Of a stretch of 64,000 nucleotides of DNA, positions 49,501-64,000 are shown piece by piece; the first letter of the stretch is position 1, and each line of letters starts with the position of its first letter. The position numbers and the translations under genes are program-made. The notes below the pieces were generated by a model. It saw nothing but the letters and a program-made list of their open reading frames with translations. It was not told the DNA's origin and searched no databases. This DNA is from Tubulanus polymorphus (taxonomy: Eukaryota > Animalia > Nemertea): the NCBI RefSeq assembly GCF_964204645.1, contig NC_134026.1:31520250-31584249 (forward strand), written 5' to 3'.

Positions 49501-52500
49501 ATTTCACGGATATTCAAACTCATAAATACCAACAATAAGAGGCGTCAGTAATGACAATATTACCTCGACTCCAAAGGAGTTTTTTTCGTCATTTCGAGCC
49601 AAGTCAAGAGATTGTTCTGTTTTACATCTTCCCACTTTTTTCTAATATCGGCTCCATTTCTCTCGATGGACGAACTCTTTATCTTACGACAAGCGTCAAG
49701 AATTCTGCGTATTCCATTTTCCAATAATTCATAAGTGAATCGTCCGTAATTTACTTTCTCCGCGTTGTCACTCAATAAATTCGTTATCAGTTCAATTACT
49801 TGACAAATATTTCCAGCCTGACGACCCCTAACAATCTACAAATCATAAATAAACAAATCTTGAAACAAATCAACAATAATTGATGCAGTTAACTTTGCCA
49901 GACTCGGACTAACAGCGACCAGTGGCAAAGTTGGTGTTAAACGAAAGTTAAGGATAGGAAAATATGATTGTCAGAAATGGATTTCATTTCCGCCTGAGTC
50001 AAAAGTCTGAGTTAGACTACAGGTTTACTGTATGTAAGTTTTGTGGTTAGTTTTGGCCACAGTTCTGAATTTGACTCTAGTTGTTACAGAGACCTTACAT
50101 AGATATATATTGTCAAAATGAATCATCAAATTTACTTGTCAAACTTTCATATTTATCTATGCGATATAGAACTGACTGTGATTTATGAACATACCTCACT
50201 GATTATCACTAATATAACTCCTGGTGATATTTGTAAACAGTACAACAGATGCGGTGTATATTGACTGAGTGGTGTGTGTAAAAATACAGTCATTTGTAAC
50301 AAACCATCAATAACATCATCAGCCGTCATAGCCGTCTATAAAACAAACAAACGGTCGTCAGTAGCTACAGTTAATCAAACACTTGGCAGACGCTTCTTTA
50401 ACTGATTGAACTTACTATAAATGAGGATGAACTCGCCGCAAATTTACTTTCAGTGCTTTCAATAATTTCCGGCGTAAAGAATTCATCTCTGTCTAGTAAC
50501 TCTTCAGATCTCTCTGTGTTAAATAAAGAATAACCCAGGTACAATTAAAAGTTCATTGTTACTTTATCTGCTGGTTATCTGTAACCAACTTAAGAGCAAC
50601 TGGCACCAATGTGCAGAATTTAAAGTCCACTGTATACAAGATTACACTGCAAATTTCATCTATCAAAAATTAAAATCAAAAGACACAATGTTTTAAACTT
50701 TCTCTAGAGATCATCGTCTTAAAAACACATGAATAATTGCGCTAAATGTGTACTGTAGTGCAGCACCTGAAGTAGCTGTCATAAATTTAAAGTACCTGAT
50801 GATGCTGTACCTGAGGTACCTGTCGTATTCTCCTCATCTGTATTTACACTCCAATATTCATCTTCACTTTCTGATAAGTCTTCACCTCTCATCAGCGTAC
50901 TGAAATACGACCGATTCTCCTTCCCGCCACCAGATGGCCACATGAGCTCCTCTAAAGTATTACCGTTTTGAAATCTAAGACGTGTAATGAGGATGATGAA
51001 TAATAGATCGCTGGGCTGCAGTTCATACGCGTTACGACTATTAACAGAAATAAGAAATATATTACGGTAAACATTTCAAACACAATCATGAAAGTTTTAG
51101 AATTTCTAAGGTTTAGAGTTTAGTTTAGAAGAGTTTTTTACATCTCAACTGCAATTAGTAACAGTGTAACCCTAGTGAGTGTTAAGAGACAGCCAGGGCC
51201 TTTTTATAGGTTGTTATGGCTCACAACCTGACTGAGTTAGCAGAGCTTAGTCCATGTATGTGTCTCGACAGCCAACACCTGAGGTGGTTTCGAACTAGGT
51301 ACCTCTCGGTTCCCAGTCCTCCACTCGAACAACTGAGCTAACCGCACAGGAAATATTAAGAAGATTTACAATCACTGATTAAAGAGATAGAGTTAAGGAT
51401 AGTATATCAGTTCAGATTATGAAGATCAGCCTATCAGTGATGAGATCAGATTATGAAGATCAGCCAATCAGTGATGAGATCAGATTATGAAGATCAGCCA
51501 ATCAGTGATCAGTTCAGATTATGAAGATCAGCCAATCAGTGATGAGATCAGATTATGAAGATCAGCCAATCAGTGATGAGAAGTCAGTTACCTGGAGTAA
51601 AGTCCCAGTAGTTTAGAATTAACGAGTAGCAGTGAATGTAAAGCATGTTTGTCTCCGGCTGATTTCATCTTCATTAAAGTCGTTTCTAATAATTCGATGC
51701 AAGTTACGTTTAAAACTGGCGAAACATGTAATCGTTCTATCGCCTACAATTAAATATTCATTACAATCAATACGCATAGAACAATTACAGCTACAGTTGA
51801 ATCCTCTAAACTTGAATCCTTTCAAACCAAATTAGTAATAACTAACTATTGCGGAACAGGAATTTGAGTTAAGAAGAGTGTACTGTTTATATTCAAAATC
51901 ATTAGTCAAACAAATCCAAACTTGATAATCCAGATAAGTTTAATCTGGATTCTAATCCGGTTCACTTATGCATGTAAGATATAATGTTTAATTTAGATTT
52001 CTCATGAACGGGTTCAATTTCACGTCTCAAATGATCCATATTAAGCTGGTTCTACTGCTGCCTATTATTTTAAACAATCAAATAAATTCTATTTATTTGA
52101 CATATCAAAGCAAATAAACGAGAATGTATGAAATAAATACTGAACCTCAACTAGAAAACTTTGTTCTTGTTGATATAATGATGTCCATGTTTGTAATAGA
52201 TTTCCGATAGTTTGCCAATGTTCAATCCTATTCTCAACACTATTCTGTCTTATTCTGAAACAAACAAAATTCCGTTAATTCTTCTTAAAACACAAAAATG
52301 TTGCAAGCGTGAAATAGTTTTAGCTTATGGAAACTGGGACAGACTTACTCATCAATAACCGGACCATAAAGAAAATTAATCATTTTTTGGAAAATGAGGA
52401 GTTTTTTGTGGAGAAATTCTTCATCTTCTTCGCAATCACCACAGATTGCAATTTGAATATAATCATGAAACTGCAAATATAAATACAATCTATTGATTAT

Positions 52501-54075
52501 ATTTCATTGTTTATAGGCCCTGGTTTTTTGGATATTCACTGATTACTGAAGGGTTGAAAGAAAATGTTATTTGACTCAAGTTGAATCAATTCTTCATAAC
52601 ATATTGTAAAATGGATCTAAAAACGATGTTTTATTCTGACTGCACAGTTTTCACTGATTGTATTAAAACCATGATTTGAGATATATGTCCAAAATAATTA
52701 AGTGAAATATCCCAAAAAATCTGAGATTCAGATTAATTAAAGAACATAGATTATAGATTGACATATTAAGAAGTACTGGTTCATCTAAACCGGGTGTAAA
52801 AATAAACTGACCTGTTTCAATACAAAAATGTGACCATTTTCGCAGATGATTGAAGAGTATGGATTTCTAGTTTGATTTATCATGAATCTTTGAGATGCAA
52901 TAAGTGGTGAAAATAGTTGCATAGCAACATCCGATGATATCTGTTGGTCACAAGTTTCTTCATTCTAAATCAACAGATAATAATAAAACTGATGTAAATT
53001 ATTTCTCTTTAATGATATTGAATATTGGTGTAAAAAGGACACTTTCATTCTAAGGTAGAGAAATTCAGATGAGATATTGTGTGGTTGCCATAGCTGTCAT
53101 ACCTGACTACCCCTAGGTTTGGAATGGATCTGGTCGGTTCAGATGAGGTCACTATGTGATCAGGCCAAACCTAGGGTTAGGGTTAAAATAGATTGACCAT
53201 AGCTACTCAACCCTAGGGTTCAAATGGATTGACCATAGCTACTCAACCCTAGGGTTAAAGTGGCATAGCTCTAGGTAACTAACCCTAGGGTTGAAATGGA
53301 CTAACCCTAGGGTTGTGATTGGTCTCAGTGAGGTGTGAAAAGTCAGGCCACACCTAGGGTTAATATGTTGGACAAAGAACTCATACAGGTACAACAAACA
53401 CACCAGGCCAACTATAGAATATTAACTGGACTTTGTTGAATTTCTATCCCCCTTCTGCAAGGGAAGGACTCCCCAATAATGGGTTGGTCATTCTCCCAGC
53501 CGGAGGCTACCACCGGTTACCCAGGCCGGACTCGTCAGGTCAGCGGGTGTTGTAGGAACTGTAGTCTGTTATTAATGTTTATAGAATGCTTTCTCTGTTA
53601 CATTGAATGATCATGTTGAAATCTTTTTCTAAATTGCTCCATGGATTATATTGTAATGTTTTTATTTCCACATCTCGCGTTTGTTAAAGTTACAGCCAAT
53701 TTGTTTCACAATCAAGGATCAATAAAGTTATATTGAATTCGTTATCCAGTGTCTATGTTATTTCACATATGTATGAGTATTTTTTTTACAATACCAACAA
53801 CTCTGATACCAACATTCTGTGCGTGGGTTAGGCTACCATAACTAGTAGAAGAGGCCGAGGGTCTCAGGGTTAATAATATAGTAGATGAAGAAGTCGAAGA
53901 ACATAAGCCTGCGCTCGGTCGGTCAGCAGAAGGCGTGAGAGGGGTCGACAAATAGTTTCACCTGGTCCATAAGTCCTGCATCTTGAGCTTGTTTAACCAA
54001 GTAAACTCTTAATTGATCGTCTGCCCATTGAAACGCTACATCGTTTAACGAATTGAACATAAAAACACCCTTCAT
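46559..54075 (-). CDS. HPS1: Hermansky-Pudlak syndrome 1 protein (BLOC-3 subunit)
   Basis: About 14 exons (54075-53962, 52964-52812, 52470-52348, 52254-52146, 51743-51592, 51038-50795, further exons to 47473-47390, and 46739-46559). Sequence MKGVFMFNSLNDVAFQWAD, QLFSPLIASQ, EQSFLVEAIERL, LHSLLLVNSKLLGLYSS, LQPSDLL, SYFLWFED, VRCYEIYVIHIG...LWE matches the HPS1 architecture. Confidence 0.9.
48210..48546. mobile_element. hAT-like MITE
   Basis: CAGGGGCGGATCCAGGG ... CCCTGAATCCACCCCTG termini; imperfect 8-bp flanks ATAATAAA and ATAAGTAA. Confidence 0.7.
48905..49130. mobile_element. Inverted Penelope-like terminal fragment with a hammerhead-like core
   Basis: ~80-bp inverted arms (TGTAGAGAGAATCCCACAATATTAACG...), core CTGAAGATGACTATTAGGATATAGTC, flanked by the direct repeat CAACATACCTACAA. 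Confidence 0.7.
51110..51348 (-). mobile_element. tRNA-derived SINE
   Basis: Minus-strand head GCGGTTAGCTCAGTTGTTCGAGTGGAGGACTGGGAACCGAGAGGTACCTAGTTCGAAACC (A and B boxes), a body, and a CTAAA-like repetitive tail. Confidence 0.65.
51405..51582. repeat. 34-bp intronic minisatellite next to an HPS1 donor
   Basis: Unit TCAGATTATGAAGATCAGCCAATCAGTGATGAGA, about 5 copies. Confidence 0.9.
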
Positions 54076-54470
54076 TTCGAATACCGGAAATAAAAACCGT
54101 GCTATTCTGGGGAAAACCCATTGATCACCGTCACCTAGCGCCATCTAGGGCACAGTGATCAATATAGTAAAACTTGAATTGAATTCCTATTAAGGGTTAT
54201 CTAGAAAGTCAAATAATTTTTCCTTATTCCATTTTCAAGTTTTATTCCTCGTCGGGACTAATTTAATTCTATGATAAAATAAGAAACACGTTGGGATTCG
54301 AACCCAAATTGCGTCAGTTTTTTGGGCAACAAAATGGCGTCGTTGCTGGGTATCTAGCGCGCTAGCTGGAGCGAACTGTTGTAGGGTTTCTGATGGATAT
54401 TCGGATGAGATGAAGTTTATTGCAGTAAGTGACGTCACTGTCTGTTATTTGTTAAACTGTTGTGTCTATC
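54076..54470. promoter_or_regulatory. Bidirectional HPS1/SIMC1-like promoter
   Basis: Start codons about 400 bp apart, head-to-head; CTCF-like GCGCCATCTAGGG (54138), YY1-like CAAAATGGCG (54330), CRE GTGACGTCAC (54429). Confidence 0.6.
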
Positions 54471-59515
<5,045 letters not shown>

Positions 59516-61702
59516 TTGTATCATTCTTCCGTTTCTGTTGTTGTGACACACGTGTGCTCAGTAACAGACGGCTACTTATTGATTTATTTATACGAGCCCC
59601 AGATGACATTATATATGAATAGTAAAATGCTGATTGCATCATCCTCCTGTTTACTCACAGAGTTCCTGCATCTATATATAATTTGTTAAACCGTCCCTTT
59701 ATACTGCGTTTGTATCGATTTTATATATGACAATTCACAAAATGATTAATCTATTCATCGAAATTTCAATGTCAATTTTCTACTGAAATTCATTTTAAAC
59801 TACCGGGATTCAATAACAATAGTAGTGTGTGTAGTGTGTAGTAGTATTACAGTAGTTTTTGATGAATTCATAGCTACAGTTATTGGGAATGTTAGTCTGA
59901 ATAAAACACTCATCTAAATGTGTTTTTATTTCAGTGATAATTATCTCTCTTTCACGCTGTTTTCACACTGTCAAGCTTTATATGAGGCTGGTGAGGGGAA
60001 CAGCTCTTTGTGGGGCTGGTGAGGGGAATAGCTTTTTGTTAAGCTGGTGAGGGGAACAGCTCAATGTGAGGGGTTGAGGGGTAAAGGTTTGTGTGAGGCT
60101 GGTGAGGGTAATTAATTATCTGTATGTTACACTAGGTACTGTGATTTATGTTGTCTTACTATGCAGAAAATTTGTTGTGAGAATTTTTTAAGGCATTTGT
60201 AATTTATATACTTCAATGTTGAATTATAATTTTTCAGAGGTATTTTTTTTATGTTTATGGTTTGCAAGTTGTATTCACTAGAATATTATATATATGTATA
60301 TATATATATATATATATCAGAATGAAGGATTCTTATGTTTAAAATGAATTACTGAATATAGGTGGCAGTAATAGTCACAGATTATTGAAACTGCTATTTA
60401 ATTTATCAACTGCTGATTAAGATATGATTTTTATATTGCTCAATATATGTTTCAGCAAATTATTTTTTTTTCTAAAAAAGATAAACTACATTTAAAGAAG
60501 ATGTCATAAATACATGCAAGGAAATACAAATTTGGGCGTTGATATTTTGTACATAAACATAAAATTAGGACGATTTTTAAGAATTTTTGCGTGCAGGGAA
60601 AAATGTAGGAATATAGACCCTTTAAACGCCCCCTAGTGGTACTCCTAATAGATAAACCTGGAAATCACTTAAAATGGTCACGGCTTAATAAGCTGAATGT
60701 TCACTCAGAGTCTGATGATGATTGAAGTTTTGTCAGTTGAGTTTCACTAAACAAAACAAATAAACGTTAATCTCTGATATCAATTGAGAGGAAACCAATT
60801 TACCGGTAATGAAGAAATTGAGTTGGAAACTGTTTTGTGAAACTGAACCCTGAATCGCAAATCTTTTATTCATCTCAATTGCACTCGACTCAGTTCCACA
60901 GTTCTTGATTCAGTTTTTGGAGTCTTAGGTTGAATGAAGATAATTTTTTTAAATGTTTAACTCAAAAGTGAATGGATAACTGTGGAACTCGGTCCTGTTA
61001 GTTTATACGTTGTTTGTTTACAAAGTTCTTATTAAAAAAGTCTTAAATCAACAAAAAAAGTTTAGAATTAAATAGATTTAGATATTTTCGATTTGATGAT
61101 TTGGAGTTTGTTAAAACCTGTGCTCAATTATTTGTATAATTCAATAAAATTGTAAGTAATTTGTTTATTAAATATTAATAAACAATTTGAATGTAAAATT
61201 GAACTTTTGCAGTTGTATATTTCTAATTCAATTCTCTAAGTATAAGTCGTCATTTGGATTAAAAGTCCTCAACACAATGATCCAGTCATAGCTATATCCA
61301 CTGTATGTACCCTGCATCCCCCCTCAGAATGAGACTATCAACAGACTAATATCCATATCCTTATAAAAACTGATCATTAAGACTTAGCAGACCGTTACCA
61401 GGATGCCGATCGCCGAGGAGTTTGGGCACGGACTATAATAGGTCCAACATTAGAGGATCTCTGCGACAAATCTTGAATACAGAGTAAAAGTAAGAGTTTA
61501 ATTTTCTTAAGTGAATATTTTTTATTACAAAAACATAAATATCTGTACAAAGCAACTGTGACTAAAATCGTATCTGGCTGGTATAAAACAAGACTCCACA
61601 ATGGGGGTAGATGACTCCACTAGATGTAGATGACTCCACAAGGGGTGTAGATGACTCCAGTAGGGGTGTAGATGACTCCACTAAACGTAGATGATTCTGT
61701 TC

Positions 61703-62952
61703 TCACATATTTCCTTTAGTTTCCCATCTTTCTTTTGCTTCAAATCTAAAAATGAAACAAGTCTGTAATGTGTAAACAAATAAATAGAACTACCTCGCAT
61801 TCACTCAATAATATAATAGTCTCTTACCCCCAGCCTAACTTCTTTTTCTTCTTCCTTAGTTTCAATTCTTCCTCTGTTTTCTAAAATATAACAATTTTAC
61901 ACAAATCACGAATCATCGTGAAATGAATATTTCCAACACGAGAATAATAACAAATTCTACCTTTTTTTCTGCGTATTTCTGAGCGTCAAAAGCGTCTGCT
62001 ATTCGTGAACCAAACTGAAATTAATGAATCCATTATTCAAAAAAAAAAAACAATTTAGTTGAATGCAGTAATTGATATCAGTTATAAGGTACTAGCGTTA
62101 CCTGTCTGTCCGATAAATGATTACTCAGTTTCTCTGCTCTCTCAACGTCACCCAAACTCAAAGCTTCATCAATTTCTTCTTCAAGTTTCGTCTATGAAAA
62201 AAACCCAGAAATTCAATAAAATATATCTCGATTCAAGCAAATTTAAAAGTAGAAAACTTCAACTCACTCGTGCAGCATATTTTCCTTTGTCTGTTCCTTT
62301 TAAATGATCTTTTTGTCCGATGTATCGTTTTAAATCCTGCCAATCATTTGAACAGCTATAAAATAATAAAACAATGTGTAAAGTATGATTAAAATTAATC
62401 GCACAATTGATTGAAGACTAAAATTCAAAAATTCAAAGTTCATTCATCATCAGCAGTTTTAATGAAAGACTGATTAATTACAAACTGACAAAGTTTCAAC
62501 TGTTTCCTAGAGATTGAGATTTGACTGAATGATTTTTACCCTTGGTTTCCTTCAGTTTCATCTGTATATTTACGTTTCCGGCTGTCAACATTTTGGTCAG
62601 TGACAGCTGTATTGACAGGTTTTTTGACAGCTTCATTGACAGACTTGTTGACAGGTTTCTTCTGCTGATACGTTTTTACCGGTGGCAAATTCGCTTTTCT
62701 GTTTTTCAGTTCTTGAAATTTCTGAAGGAACCAAGTTTAAAAAAGTTTAACTCAAGCAAGAAACAAGTGACTAATCCATGAAACAAAACTAACATGCCAC
62801 AGGTGGCTCTTTACTCCAGTTGGAGGAGTCTGTCCATCCTCTTGATGTTGATCGGAGTCCTTTTTGACTCCAGAGTCAGATCTGACTCCAGTCAGCGTCT
62901 CGGTTTGAGAGGCATTGTCATTTTTTCTAGAGCAGTTTGGATCTGATGACAT
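61703..62952 (-). CDS. FAM204A: FAM204A-like protein
   Basis: Approximate exons: 62952-62794, 62721-62540, 62356-62269, 62192-62102, 62014-61961, 61880-61828, 61746-61703. Sequence LWHKFQELKNRK and C-terminal KKKLGWGFEAKERWETKGNM* match FAM204A. Confidence 0.85.
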
Positions 62953-64000
62953 TTGGAGGCATCTAATTTCTCAATACTGAAACAAATAAAGTGAGGATAG
63001 GATTGAGGTTCCTCAGCAGCAGCAGCCGGATGTCACCTGGTGGAAAGTGTAGTTTGATTCTTGAGTTGACGGCTCGAGGTACTGGACTTATCTACTGTAG
63101 GCTTTTAAGGGAGGCTGGCTGCAAGCGCAGGGCAGGGCATAGTTAGTTACCTAATCGTTGGTGGGAAGCTTTCATGATCAGACGGGCTTATACCGAAAAT
63201 ATCAGATCGTGAAACTAATAAACGCAGACAGACGGTTCATTTACTCAACTGTGCAGGTGGACAACCGGCACTGGCAGAGTGAGCAAACATTATTCTACCC
63301 TCAGATTTTATATCTAAATCTTGTGGAATGATATAGGACCCTAGGGGTATCATAAAGCTCCCCCTGAAGTCATCATTTGGTTAGAGCAGAGGATTGATTG
63401 GATACTGTGACATTCAAGTTTTGAAATTGAAAGATTTAGACACAACATTAACACTTGCGTTTGATTGCATGGGTACCAATTCATGTGTTAGAGAATGATT
63501 TGATTAATTATTCATTCAATACTTACAAAAATCATCCACATTACACAAATATTCAATATTCAGTTTTCCATCGATTAATTCATTTTTGCACGGTTTATGT
63601 TGGTAAATAGCGCCTCCGTAAATTCAATTCAACAGTTTATTTATCGAAACTCAATAATGAATTCATTGATTCTGTTATCATCGAAACTTGTTTGCAAGTT
63701 TTATTCTCATGATAAAAGCAATGTATGCTCATTTAACAACTTCGTTAGCAATAAAGTGGAAATTGAATTGAAAAATTACTCGATGCAATCTCTGAAACCC
63801 ATAATAGTGACTCGATGCAATCCTACATATCCCGATTGGATCTTACGCTTCAATATTTTTTACGATAAAAGTAAATATCATCATATTTTTCTGAATTAAC
63901 GCTGTATTTGACGCCTTGAACTATAATGAATGTAAATTTTGGAATTTCATGAAAGAATTTCGAAACTTTAACTCATCTCCCTTCGACCTTGACTGGATTA

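Noticed and set aside
54076-54144. Upstream in-frame start MALGDGDQW for HPS1
   Set aside because: Similarity to HPS1 begins at MKGVF (54075); the upstream ATG lies within a CTCF-like promoter motif. Not excluded, but unsupported.
63597-63899. 100-aa ORF at the window end
   Set aside because: No recognisable domain; it could be the shadow of a minus-strand exon but cannot be supported from this window.

Overview
Eukaryotic, AT-rich, gene-dense genomic DNA from an invertebrate animal, probably a lophotrochozoan (inferred, not established). It has short GT-AG introns. Read as spliced genes it contains: the 3' part of a domeless/gp130-like cytokine receptor (+), tRNA-Ile(AAT) (-), NHLRC2 (+), ZDHHC21 (+), a TMEM272-like gene (+), an SV2-like MFS transporter (+), a PPM1E/F-like PP2C phosphatase (-), a single-exon BTB-BACK-Kelch gene (-), HPS1 (-) head-to-head with a SIMC1-like multi-SIM protein (+), and FAM204A (-). 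Most long ORFs in the supplied track come from minisatellites. The main unexplained structure is: (1) a 76-bp tRNA-like A/B-box tandem element seen only between genes, which at two loci carries a pair of CTCF-like motifs conserved across a diverged spacer and at two loci carries a 178-bp hairpin (candidate insulator module); (2) minisatellites that copy splice donors, a splice acceptor and a stop codon; (3) Penelope-type hammerhead ribozyme relics; (4) a candidate internal promoter giving a SIMC1 isoform without most of its SIMs. Gene names come from recalled motif similarity, not database searches, and exon boundaries were placed by eye.
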